DNA from: Tubiluchus corallicola | Lineage: Eukaryota > Animalia > Priapulida | DNA length: 49,597 bases | Direction: 5' to 3' | Assembly (NCBI GenBank): GCA_030141605.1 | Contig: JAQGDQ010000859.1 | Span: forward strand, 15,987-65,583 | Translations under genes and position numbers: made by a program | Shown: one piece after another, positions 27,586-39,436 of the stretch | Layout of the letters: every line of letters starts with the position of its first letter | How positions within the stretch are numbered: the first letter of the stretch is position 1 | Notes under the pieces: generated by a model | The model's database searches: none | The model's input: the letters and a program-made list of their open reading frames with translations, nothing else | Told to the model about the DNA's origin: nothing

Positions 27586-27984
27586 GTGGCGTAGCAGATT
27601 GATAATTTTGAGAGAAACAGTGGCATAGCAGATTGCTAATTTTGAGAGAAACAGTGGCATAGCAGATTGCTAATTTTGAGAGAAACAGTGGCATAGCAGA
27701 TTGCTAATTTTGAGAGAAACAGTGGCATAGCAGATTGATAATTTTGAGAGAAACAGTGACATAGCAGATTGATAATTTTGAGAGAAACAGTGGCATAGCA
27801 GATTGATAATTTTGAGAGAAACAGTGGCATAGCAGATTGATAATTTTGAGAGAAACAGTGGCATAGCAGATTGATAATTTTGAGAGAAACAGTTGATAAT
27901 TTTGAGAGAAACAGTGGCATAGCAGATTGATAATTTTGAGAGAAACAGTGGCATAGCAGATTGATAATTTTGAGAGAAACAGTG
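27586..27984. repeat. 34-bp minisatellite, ~12 copies (gtggcatagcagattgataattttgagagaaaca)
   Basis: Near-identical head-to-tail units, with one internally deleted copy near 27892. Confidence 0.97.
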
Positions 27985-28151
27985 CATTAATGTAAAGTGT
28001 GCTGTATATTTCATAGTCTTTTAATGTTTTAATGCTGGAGGTGAATGTCTAACGTTTGTCGTTTCACGAGCATCTAGTGCATGGAAAAGAGTTGTTCTGG
28101 TTATAGCACCTGTGATTTTGTTGTTTATCCCATCATTTCAAAAAAGGAAAG

Positions 28152-28584
28152 CAGGGGCGGAACTAGGGGGAGCGAGGGGGGCGCCAGCCCCCTTTGTCAA
28201 AATTTGCTCCCCCTGCAAAATCGGACAAATTTTTTGCAGTGAAAATTGCAGTTCGCATGTAATCATTTTCAATATGAATTAGAATTAGGTAAAAAAATGT
28301 TTGGTAGCTTCAGTGTATTATTTTCTTAAAACTTGTGTGCGATAAATTTCTGTAAATAACAATTTAGTTAGAGGCACATTAATAACGTTAGGTTAACTGA
28401 GAGTTAATTTTTTCATTATTGCTCTGTCCGCTACGCCGTCCTACACACGCTAATTATAGGCCTGCATGCAGTATAAAAGAGGTTAAAATTGGCTTAACCA
28501 TTATTTAACCACTTCGGATACATCGCCCCCCAGAAAATTTTTGCGCCCCCCCCCCCCTGCTTGCCACATCTAGTTCCGGCCCTG
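28152..28584. mobile_element. hAT-type MITE
   Basis: 15-bp TIRs caggggcggaactag / ctagttccggccctg (1 mismatch). Perfect 8-bp TSD aaggaaag at 28144-28151 and 28585-28592. Confidence 0.92.
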
Positions 28585-28698
28585 AAGGAAAGTGGTGCTC
28601 AGGGATGCAAAAATGTGCGCAATTTGTGGCTTTGCCCGCAGAACAAATGAGCAAAACATTAAAAAATTTGGGTGCCAGAAGTTTTTTGCCATTATTTT

Positions 28699-30711
28699 AG
28701 GTACAAACCCTGTGTCCTTTCTATGTCATGTACAAACCATGTATTCTTTCTAAGCCAGGTACAAACCCTGTATTCTTTATAAGCCAGGTACAAACCCTGT
28801 ATTCTTTATAAGCCAGGTACAATCCCTGTATGCTTTCTATGCCAGGTACAAACCCTGTGTCCTTTCTATGCCAGGTACAAACCCTGTATTCTTTCTCTGT
28901 CAGGTACAAACCCTGTATTCTTTCTCTGCCAGGTACAATCCCAGTATTCTTTCTATGCCAGGCACAAACCCTGTGTCCTTTCTATGCCAGGTACAAACCC
29001 TGTATTCTTTCTCTGCCAGGTACAATCCCAGTATTCTTTCTATGCCAGGCACAAACCCTGTGTCCTTTCTAAGCCAGGTACAAACCCTGTATTCTTTCTA
29101 TGCCAGGTACAAACCCTGTATTCTTTCTAAGTCAGGTACAAACCCTGTATTCTTTCTATGCCAGGTACAAACCCTGCATTCTTTCTAAGCCAGGTACAAA
29201 CCCTGTATTCTTTCTCTGCCAGGTACAAACCCTGTATTCTTTATAAGCCAGGTACAATCCCTGTATTCTTTCTATGCCAGGTACAAACCCTGTATTCTTT
29301 ATAAGCCAGGTACAAACCCAGTATTCTTTCTATGCCAGGTACAAACCCTGTATTCTTTCTCTGCCAGGTACAAACCCTGTATTCTTTCTCTGCCAGGTAC
29401 AAACCCAGTATTCTTTCTGTGCCAGGTACAAACCCTGTGTCCTTTCTGTGCCAGGTACAAACCCTGTATTCTTTCTCTGCCAGGTACAAATCCTGTATTC
29501 TTTATAAGCCAGGTACAAACCCTGTGTCCTTTCTATGCCAGGTACAAACCCAGTATTCTTTCTATGCCAGGTACAAACCCTGTATTCTTTCTATGCTAGG
29601 TACAAACCCAGTATTCTTTCTGTGCTAGGCAAAAACCCTGTATTCTTTATATGCCAGGTACAAACCCAGTATTCTTTCTCTGCCAGGTACAAACCCTGTA
29701 TTCTTTCTGTGCTAGGTAAAAACCCTGTATTCTTTCTATGCTAGGTACAAACCCAGTATTCTTTATATGCCAGGTACAAACCCAGTATTCTTTCTCTGCC
29801 AGGTACAAACCCTGTATTCTTTCTGTGCCAGGTACAAACCCTGTATTCTTTCTATGCTAGGTACAAACCCAGTATTCTTTCTGTGCTAGGTAAAAACCCT
29901 GTATTCTTTATATGCCAGGTACAATCCCAGTATTCTTTCTATGCCAGGCACAAACCCTGTGTCCTTTCTATGCCAGGTAAAAACCCTGTATTCTTTCTAT
30001 GCTAGGTACAAACCCAGTATTCTTTATATGCCAGGTACAAACCCAGTATTCTTTCTCTGCCAGGTACAAACCCTGTATTCTTTCTCTGCCAGGTACAAAC
30101 CCTGTATTCTTTATAAGCCAGGTACAATCCCTGTATTCTTTCTATGCCAGGTACAAACCCTGTATTCTTTATAAGCTAGGTACAAACCCAGTATTCTTTC
30201 TATGCCAGGTACAAACCCTGTATTCTTTCTCTGCCAGGTACAAACCCTGTATTCTTTCTCTGCCAGGTACAAACCCAGTATTCTTTCTGTGCCAGGTACA
30301 AACCCTGTGTCCTTTCTGTGCCAGGTACAAACCCTGTATTCTTTCTCTGCCAGGTACAAATCCTGTATTCTTTATAAGCCAGGTACAAACCCTGTGTCCT
30401 TTCTATGCGAGGTACAAACCCAGTATTCTTTCTATGCCAGGTACAAACCCTGTATTCTTTCTATGCTAGGTACAAACCCAGTATTCTTTCTGTGCTAGGT
30501 AAAAACCCTGTATTCTTTCTATGCCATGTACAAACCCTGTATTCTTTCTATGCCAGGTACAATCCCTGTAGTCGTTCTATGCCAGGTACAAACCCAGTAT
30601 TCTTTATAAGCCAGGTACAAACCCTGTATTCTTTATAAGCCAGGTACAAACCCTGTATTCTTTCTATGCCATGTACAAACCCTGCATTCTTTCTATGCCA
30701 GGTATAAACCT
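28699..30711. repeat. 29-bp minisatellite, ~69 copies (ccaggtacaaaccctgtattctttctatg), intronic
   Basis: Head-to-tail units with no spacers. Explains all PGTNPVFFLC-type ORFs. Confidence 0.98.
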
Positions 30712-31197
30712 GGAGTTGGGATGACAATCGTGACATAACAGGGTATATAAAATTCTTAAAAGTGGGTTACTTAACCATAAATCTTCTAGTTAAAATATTT
30801 TTCTTCTTCTAAAACTACTCAAATGTGTTTAGTTACCAAAACTTTCAAGAACATGCTACAATGGAAATAGATATTCTTGAGGATCTTTTTTTATTAAGCC
30901 GAGACATTTCTGTAATGGAAACACTTTGCAAGTTGAACTTCGAGGCCTTGTTTGGTATTTCTGCAAGTAACGCCATCTTGTTACACTTTTGTGTTTGTAT
31001 TAAACAGTTTGGGTAACAAAAGTTTTTGCCTGAAAATCAAGATGCTGCAGTACTTGAAAACTGTGTGATAAGTCACGGCTAATGTTCATTTATTCGGGTT
31101 CATTAAGGTTGAACTAAATTAAGTTGCACTTTCAGAACAGCAGGGAAAACTTAACGTTGGTTGAACTTGGTTGTGTAAAAATTGAATTTTTTTGAAG

Positions 31198-31335
31198 TTA
31201 AAGGAAGTGGCAAGATGGTTTACGGCGATGTTGCAATAGAAGAGGAATCGGTCACAATTGACGTGAGAGATCAGCATGTATTTCAGTGCATGTTTTTAGA
31301 TGCTTATCCTCAACCTAGGTTATGGTGGCAATTAG
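31198..31335 (+). CDS. IgSF membrane protein, Ig domain 3 first-half exon
   Basis: ttttttgaag acceptor. HVFQCMFLDAYPQPRLWWQL. Donor G|gtaagc, phase 1/1. Confidence 0.85.
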
Positions 31336-31771
31336 GTAAGCAAATGAAATCGTTGTTTATAGTTTTAAGTTTTTAAAGATTAGTTCTTTGCTGGTACAAT
31401 TGAAATTGAGGTTTGCCTTGTTGTCTGGTACAATCGGCAATTGCCCGGGGCAAGAATTTTGCTAAAAATCTGGACTACCCAGTTATTTACGTATTTCTTT
31501 AAATGTGAACGTCATTAGAGGTGAAGATTGAATAAAAAGGCATAATAAAATTGCTACTTAGAACTACTTTAGTTATGCAACACAGTACTCGTTCAGTAGT
31601 TTAACCATGTACTAGGCAGCACCACTGTCCATCCAGGTGAGTATATATAATCCCTAATTTCTCATGCTATCATCTTGTGTATGAAAATAATATTACTGAT
31701 TTTTACATTTTTCATGAACTCCAAAAGCTTTCCAAAATGGAGTGGCTAGGATTTTTAATATTGCTGTTTAA

Positions 31772-31938
31772 GTTGTTGTTGTTGTTGTTGTTACTGCTGC
31801 TGTTGTTGTTCTTGCTGCTGCTGCTGTCGTTGTTGTTGTTTTTGTGCTGCTGCTGGTAGCCATTGCTGTTGCTGCTGTTGTTGTCATAACCATCACCATC
31901 ATTGCTGTAGCCATTGCCATTGCTGTCGTTGCTGCTTT
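31772..31938. repeat. (TGT/TGC)n degenerate trinucleotide repeat
   Basis: Directly visible. Confidence 0.9.
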
Positions 31939-31999
31939 TGTCATAATTTTATTTGAATAACCCAACTTGTGTTGCTTCTGTTTTTATCCTGGTGGTTAG

Positions 32000-32197
32000 A
32001 CTACATGGACATTACGAAGGCTTCCATCTCTAGGCCGGTACCATCGATGGATGGCAAGTTAATGGGGATCAAGAGCACTCTTAAATACCAGTTTAGACCA
32101 GGAAAACATGGCAACAATGGAGCCACATTATCGTGCAATGTGTTCGTAGACAAGAATGTAGAAAATCAGACATATTCTAAAACGATAAATCTTATTT
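32000..32197 (+). CDS. IgSF membrane protein, Ig domain 3 second-half exon (C2-set-like)
   Basis: ttag acceptor. IKSTLKYQFRPGKHGNNGATLSC. Donor T|gtaagt, phase 1/1. Confidence 0.88.
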
Positions 32198-33176
32198 GTA
32201 AGTATTTCTAAAACTGATTTATTGACAGAATTTTTTTAACATTAGTTTCTGTGTGAGTTATTCTGTGTTTAATGTTACACTAAATTAGACAAAGAATAAC
32301 ATTACAATATGCAAAACTTTATAATGCGTATGTTCTACATTGATTAGTGAATGAGTCCATGATGCACATCTAAGTGCTAGTTTTCTACATTCCACATCCT
32401 GCCTAAATGGTTCTAAAATGCGACTGGTTTTATTATCCTTGGTTTTAATAAGCAGTGACTATGTATCAAAATGTGAATTTTTATGCTTTTTATAGCGTCT
32501 TTGAGCACAATTCCCAAGGAATACTTAGTAACTGAGCGTGCTCACAGTAGTGGTGCCATCTAGTGAGAAAATGCCTAACACATACCAGTTGTTAGCGACT
32601 AGTTTTATTACAATCAGCTAATGGTGCATGTAAGGTCACATTCATATGATGCTATTTTTGATTATTGAAGAACTTATCCTAGTTTTTTTTTCAATGATTT
32701 CAATGAAACATTTGTTGCTTAGGAATTGTACCCAAACAAAAGACCTGTAAAACAAACATTAAGGCTACAAGTCACCCCACACAAACTTCAGTTTTAATTA
32801 TCAGAATAAGAAGAAACACCCACTAACTATTTTATTTGATTTCACTATCAAACTAACTAAAAAGCAAAAGTTATGTTGTTTTTTGTTGTATTTGTTAAGA
32901 TTGACATTTGCATGTATGGTGACTTGTAGCTTTGATTGTTGTTTCATAGCTCATTCAAAACATCAATACAAGTAGTAATTAACTACGTGGTTTTTTATAT
33001 CTTCATTAACTATTGTGAAATGCTATTGCATTAGACGATATTGAGGGCCTCTTGGGGCCCCTAGGCTAATGAAATTATGGGACCCCTTCAGACGGAGCCA
33101 CCCTCTAATTTTCTCGCAGTCGTCTCACTTATTTTTACATGTGATATATTTTAGCAACATTTGCATAGCTGGAGGC

Positions 33177-33272
33177 CCCATATTTCAAATAAAAGGCTTC
33201 AAAGAAGAGCCCATATCTCAAATAAAGGGCCTCAAACAAGAACCATTTGTCTCAAATAAAAGGCCTTAAGCA
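33177..33272. repeat. 33-bp tandem repeat x3 inside a GC-rich MITE-like remnant
   Basis: cccatat.tcaaataaa.ggc.tcaaa..aga repeated three times. Confidence 0.75.
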
Positions 33273-33446
33273 GGGATCCTTTATCACAAATGAGGATCCA
33301 CTTTTAAACTGGATTTTTAGACTTCCTGGCCTCCTTGTAAGCAATGTAAAGTATCCCCCCCCAAGCTTGAGGGGGCCCATAGCAGCCTATACTAGCCTAT
33401 ACGGTAATCCAGCACAGGTCGAACTCGATATTTTCATTTTTTCCAG

Positions 33447-33701
33447 ATTTTCAGGAGGCCGCGATTGTCATGTTACAAGGAGCTGACTATATGGCAGTCG
33501 GTGAGGAACTATTTATGACATGTGTAGTTGAATGCAACCCCCCTCCCAAGTCGTTCTTGTGGCGCGGCCCAAATCAATCGATAACCATTGGCAAACAATT
33601 TAAACAGCACGTCACGTTGAACGATACCGGCAGCTACATGTGCGAAGTGGAGCATGAGTTCGGAACTTACGGGACGTTACCTGTTTTTCTAATTATTGAG
33701 A
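33447..33701 (+). CDS. IgSF membrane protein, Ig domain 4 exon
   Basis: ttttttccag acceptor. GEELFMTC..ECNPPP..FLW...NDTGSYMC. Donor A|gtaagt, phase 1/1. Confidence 0.93.
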
Positions 33702-33830
33702 GTAAGTGGAGTAGGAAGCTCTCTATAGAACTATGTGTTTCCTAGTATCTTTTGCTTTTGTTTATCAGTCTGCATGCATTAACCTGCATTATTTAGACAT
33801 ATCATAGCAGCGCTTAACCAAAATTACGGT

Positions 33831-34979
33831 TTTGCCCACGCCAATTGTAGTCCATGCATGAGTAGGGCATTTAGCAGCATCTGTAAGTTTGTGTGTCTAT
33901 CTGTATATCTGTCACATAGATTTACAACTGTGCTTGCACCGAGAGAGAGATTCTTAGCCTGCAATGTCGATCTATACTTCGGAGCGTGTCACACAAGCAG
34001 CTGTTTTTGCCTAACAACCGAATGCAGTTTTTCTATTACAACATGGCATTACAACATAGTGTTTGCCTAATTGTTGACCATGAAATTTATATTACAAAAT
34101 GATGCCTATTATTGTCTCACGATTAATGTAAGTCTGTCAGTCTTTCTCTGTGTACACCCGACATTTAAATCTATGGTCTAACAACCGAATGCAGTTTTTC
34201 TATTGCAACATGGCATTAAAACTGTTTATAAAAATTAGTTTTAAAAAAATTGCTAAAACACATTTTTTGTGTATGCACTATACCCAATTAGCAATTACTT
34301 GTGTATGGTGATAAATATTAACTGCTCTGCTTTGCATTTCCGTTTCTTTTTTCTGTTATATAATCATATACACATTATTTTTTCTTGCCGAGAATTTTGT
34401 AAACAACTGTGCATTATTATCATTTTATTTAATTCGTAACTAATTATTGTGATACTTATTCGTCATCTTCATTTATTATTATTATTCTTTTTTCAGTTAT
34501 GCCATTGTTGTTATGTTTGTTTTTATATTTTTCTTTTTGTTATTTCTTTATTTTGATTATTTTATTTGAGTAATTAACAATAATTGCATCCAGTGTCATC
34601 AATTCTTTTTTCTGCTATTACACTATTAAATTATAAGGGGTGAGTGACTAGATGACCTACGGTCCTTCCTCGTCCCATCTCCACGGATAAAGTTATTTTT
34701 TGTAAAATTGAAATTTGGCGAAATTTTGTAAAATTTGGAGAAAATAAATGTCTGTGTTTATGTTTATATGTCTATATGGTCAATCTGCACAACTGTTGAA
34801 AAACAGGTGAAGATATACCACCAAACGTGGCACAGTGACATATATTGACAAGACTTGGAAACCGTTACTTTAGATTTAGAAGGTCAAGGTCGCAAGGTCG
34901 AGGAAATATCAGAATTAATTTTGACTGTAATGGCTTCACGTGTGGGCACCGCCTGCAGCTCAGCTGAGCGCCCTCTAGT
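33831..34979 (+). mobile_element. Non-autonomous Helitron/Helentron-associated (HINE/DINE-1-like) element, probably with a nested insertion
   Basis: Sub-terminal inverted repeat tgcccac (33833) / gtgggca (34942); internal (tgtc)-like microsatellite; palindrome gctcagctgagc at 34958-34969; CTAG end at 34975-34978. Confidence 0.6.
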
Positions 34980-35000
34980 AACACTTACTCTTTTCTTCAG

Positions 35001-35366
35001 AACCTTTGCAAATTGTCGGAGAACCCGAACTTTGGGTGACATTGTTTGATTCGGCCGAATACACGGTGACAGTAAGCCAAGAAATGCCGTGTCACATCGA
35101 GACAATCACTTGGTATTTGGCGGGCGATTCGACGCTTCAGCACAAAACCGACGGTGAAATGACGGTCGGAAATTTTCGTTCCTCCTTGACGAATTTAACG
35201 GCAGTCTCGGAGAAAAGATTTGAGGAACAGTACGACATTACGCTAAGCGTTAAAGAAGTAAAGCCGGCCGATATTCGCATTTATACACTACAAGTGGATA
35301 GAACTCCTCTTGATAAACGCTCATCTTGCATCAACAGCACGTACTTTTTCAACTTTAGAGTCAGGT
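35001..35366 (+). CDS. IgSF membrane protein, Ig-like domain 5 exon (lacks canonical B/F cysteines)
   Basis: ttttcttcag acceptor. TITWY...YDITLSVKEVKPADIRIYTLQV. Donor T|gtaagt, phase 1/1. Confidence 0.9.
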
Positions 35367-35447
35367 GTAAGTGTTTATTTCTTATTTGATATCTTTTCAG
35401 TGCTAATGAGATTGTCAGGTATAACTACGTATACTTGGCATTAAGTA

Positions 35448-36141
35448 CAGTAAGTCCTTGCTTAATGACTCCCCGTTTAGGGACGTTTTACTTTAACGAC
35501 ACTAAACATTTGACACCTTTTTTTCACTTAACAATGCAACATTTCGTTGTAACGACAGTTTTTTTACTTTGCTCAAAGTCAATTTTTAATTTATCAACAA
35601 CTCTTTTACCTGATTTAAGACATTAAAACAGTAAAATATTGTGTTATTCTGTTGTAAAAGTACATACAAGTATTATACAAGTGCATACATTTTTGCTTCC
35701 CGATGGACCACTCAATGCTAGCTGTTTGTATTAAGTCAGACCTGGGAGCAAACTTTATGCGAAGGAACTTTGCCTCTAACCTGTTGTTATAGCAACCGGA
35801 CTAAGTATCTAGATAAAATTCCTAAGGTTTTGTCTTTGATTGTGCTGCAGTGTTTATTGTTTAACTGCTGCCTAGGCTTAAAAGTCAACGAAAGAGAAAC
35901 CGCTTAGTAAGATTATATAGATGGTTTCAAGCAAGCAGAAAGAAATTAATCAGTAGAAACGTGAGCAAAACTCATAAAACATTTAATTTATGTGATTCAA
36001 GCAGCATTGATTTTTGCCTCTTGAACATATCCCAATTCTTTTACGTTACTTTCTGTGAAAGTCTTGGCTTCGTTTAATGTTATTTTGCCTAACATCGCGT
36101 TTTGCTGGACTGCATTAGTGTCATTAAGTGAGAACGTACTG
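35448..36141. mobile_element. Tc1/mariner-pogo (Tigger-like) MITE
   Basis: Imperfect 22-bp TIRs cagtaagtccttgcttaatgac / gtcattaagtgagaacgtactg, flanked by TA on both sides. Confidence 0.75.
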
Positions 36142-37160
36142 TATACTTCATTTAACGTTTTAAAAAAAAAATTTTATTGCAGTAAACAACAAAATTCAAA
36201 AGACACAAGCTCTCAGATAGGAGGAGTGTATAGTTGATGATGCTCCTCCAGGGATGAACAGTGAAATACACATACATCACCATAACATATACATAACGTA
36301 TACATTACGAGTTTTACATAAACACTTGTATGACAAACACTAACGTTCTGTGAGATCAAAAGGGTAAAAAAGTTGTAAATTAATTTACGGTAAAACTAAT
36401 TAAGTCTATTGAAATGTATTTTTTATAATTTATACTGAACGTAACTTGTGCGTTTGGCACCCACGTTAAAGTTGGAGCTTACCAATCTGGTGTGAATTTT
36501 TGAATAGAAAATTACATATGATGAGATAATGGCAAGTTTCATTAAAGTACGTCCCAAAAAACATGTTATTTAGTTTTAATTTAATTAGTTTATTACTTAA
36601 TAAATAAATTTTTCGTTTAGTTTATTTACAAAGTCATTTGTTCATCCAGGAATTGTTTTTAAAGGGTGTATGATCCATCATAGAAATGAGACCAGTATTT
36701 AAGTGGGGTGGGCAAAATAACTTAGCGATCATCAGGTGTGTAATAGTTGTCTAGATTATACAGCGGTGGTTAGAAATTTTTTTTCCAAATTAATACGTAA
36801 CCTTCATTCTAATAGAGGCATTTGCAATAGAGACCCTATCATTTTGTAGCCCAGTTCCTTCTCTTTCCAGAGAGTTCCAAAATTTCTCTTTCCAAAATTT
36901 ACTTCCAAGACCTTAACAAATGCCACTGGTATGGTTTGTTCTGGCAATGAGCAAAAAATGGCCATTACTGAAGGTTTTTCACCCACTGTTCTTAAAAAAC
37001 ACAATGTAGAAAAATGTGTGGGTCTTGGAGGAAAATTTGTAACTCTCTAGAACAACTAGAAACTGGGTTACGTGATGATGTGGGCCTCTTTTTACAAATG
37101 CGTCTATCAGGCTGTGAGTTAGTTTTGGGTGGCACTGTATTTATTGTTTATGGTTACTAG

Positions 37161-37589
37161 GTGCACCAACAGAAAAGCTCGCAAAAGATCCCAAGACATA
37201 CTTCGAGGTGGAAATTGGCCAGGATGTCAGTGTTCCCGTGGAGCTGTGTTCTTCACCACCCATGCACAGAGGCTTGTGGAAATTTCATGGCAACGAAATG
37301 GTCCTGGACGTCCGAACCGGAGCATCAAAGACGCACGATGGCTATATCTCTGTCAGCGTGCGTGACGTCACGGGAGAGGTGCAGACGCGCCACCGCAGGG
37401 CAGTGTCCACGGCTCTTTCCGGAGTGCCTAGGAAAAATGAGCAAGAGGGCCTAGCTTGCTATGAAACAGAACTTAAGATATCTGGTGCTATGAAAGCTCA
37501 TTCTGGTAAATATACATTTGAAGCCGTTAATAAGGACGGAAACGGCACGACGCGATCTCAGGAGTTTAGCCGTAACGTCAAAATCTGTC
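37161..37589 (+). CDS. IgSF membrane protein, membrane-proximal Ig-like domain 6 exon
   Basis: ttactag acceptor. VELCSSPP...LWKF...CYETELKISG...HSGKYTFEAVNKDG. Donor C|gtacgt, phase 1/1. Confidence 0.88.
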
Positions 37590-38675
37590 GTACGTATTAT
37601 AGTTATACACTTATAGTACATACATGTGTGCTTGCAAACCAAAACTATTCACAAGTCGGCATAGCTAAAACTGCGTAAGTAAATGTCAATTATTGTTTAG
37701 AAAATACTAAAAATTTAATTTTATAACTCCTTACCCACTTCTCTGCTTAAAAACTAGTATTGTGTTTGTCAAAACCTTTTTACAAACTCTTTTTCAAAGA
37801 TATTTTTAAACTCCGGTAGTAGCTTGTGGAAACTGTCATTTTGTTTGCAGTTTTTTTGTTGCCAAGCCCAGATCTTTGTTTGGAACAACCATCTACTAGA
37901 TTTAAGCGTAACTTCATTTCACTCTTGCAAAGTCCATAGCAACCACATGTTCGTACGGTTGCTAAGTGTTTTTGTAGCAGCGTGACAAAAACAATGGCAA
38001 ACTGTAACAGCGGTTTTCTCAAGATTACGTTTTTCAGTGTGCAGCCTGCACCTCAGCTTGGATTATCTCGGCTTAGAAATAACACAGGGTGATGAACTTG
38101 GTATCAAAATGATTGTCATGAAAAGAGATTCAGGATATGCAAATAACTAAAAAACTTGTATGTCAACTTCTGGACGTTTTTGCTGTGCAAGCACACATAT
38201 GACTTCTTAATACGTATCAAACATATTATTCATAATCTGATTAGATATTTTGTAATCGGTGGTACGTTTTTGCACTTTTTGCAGTCTGGGAATGATTGTT
38301 TTCTATAGTCTGGCTCATAATTTCCAAAAATCGAAAATATCTTTTCAGCATTTTTGAAAAATTAGTTGTGATATTAATATTTTTGTTAATTTATTGTTCG
38401 TCCTTTTACAATTAATTTTTGTTCTAGTCAATTTTGGTTATTCCTTCCCTACACAATGTTGATTGCTTCCACAGGTTTTAGATTTCTTCCCGTTAATGTG
38501 ACCTACAAATACTAGCTGTCATGTTGCTATGACGACAGGAACAAGCTGTCTTTGCTGTTCACACTCCTAAATAAGTTGACTGACACTTCATTAATTGCAA
38601 TGCGTTATTGATTACCTTGTTAATTTTAACAATTCATTTTACTTTTACCAGGTTTTCTCTCATCACAATATTAAA

Positions 38676-38842
38676 AATCTAATTGTATTGATATTGTTTG
38701 TATTGTACATAAACATGTACTGGCTTATACAATCTAATTTGTATTTTTATTGCTTGTATTATAGATAAACATGTAATGGCTTATACAATCTAATTTGTAT
38801 TTTTATTGTTTGTATTGTAGATAAACATGTAATGGCTTATAC
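38676..38842 (+). repeat. 55-56-bp tandem triplication spanning the TM-exon splice acceptor
   Basis: aatctaat..gtatt..tattg.ttgtatt.ta(c/g)ataaacatgta.tggcttatac at 38676, 38731 and 38787. Confidence 0.92.
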
Positions 38843-38919
38843 ACTGACTGCTGGATTTATATTGATACTTTGCATAATAGCTGCTGTCCTTGTGGCCTAT
38901 AGGAAGAAGCTCTTTAAAG
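38821..38919 (+). CDS. IgSF membrane protein, transmembrane exon (HKHVMAYTLTAGFILILCIIAAVLVAYRKKLFK)
   Basis: About 23 hydrophobic residues followed by an RKK stop-transfer. tgtag acceptor, G|gtgagg donor, phase 1/1. Too short for the ORF track. Confidence 0.9.
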
Positions 38920-39030
38920 GTGAGGAATATAAGTTTTCTGTAAGTTAGACTGTAAGCTATATGTGTACATGCATTGTTTTTGTGATGTTCCGTCCAATTT
39001 GTTTTGTTGATCATTAACCTTTTTATTAAC

Positions 39031-39436
39031 TAGGGGTGGGCATCAAAGGTCGAATTCGATTCGAACGAGTTTTTTTAATTTGAACTCGATTCAAACCTAA
39101 AATTTTGGTTTTGAATAATTCACCTGTATCACCACTTCAACTGCTTGATGTTCTTTATCATTACAACATTTGAAACAGCACACAATGTAGCACGATTTCT
39201 GTGCTTAATTTTAACATAAATTATTAGTGTTTTTACTGCAGAACAAAGCAAGCAATATGCATTTTCTTTGCGAGACTGCTTTCTATTTGTTGATTTGAAA
39301 ATTCATTCGAAAAATCTGTAAACTGGATTCGAATACGATGTGGATTCGCAGTCTTGCAATTCGGTTTAATTAGAGTTCGGACGTCAAACTTCGATTCAGT
39401 TCGAATTTGCTTCCTTATAGAGAATGCTCACCCCTA
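39031..39436. mobile_element. hAT-like MITE with ttcgaa-rich subterminal repeats
   Basis: TIRs taggggtgggcat / atgctcaccccta (1 mismatch). Degenerate 8-bp flanks ttattaac / ctattaat. Confidence 0.7.

Noticed and set aside
27586-27984. 34-bp repeat as a CRISPR array or coding repeat
   Set aside because: No spacers, and the unit length is not a multiple of 3; ordinary minisatellite.
28699-30711. CRISPR-like array of 29-bp repeats
   Set aside because: Units are contiguous with no unique spacers, there are no cas genes, and the context is a eukaryotic intron.
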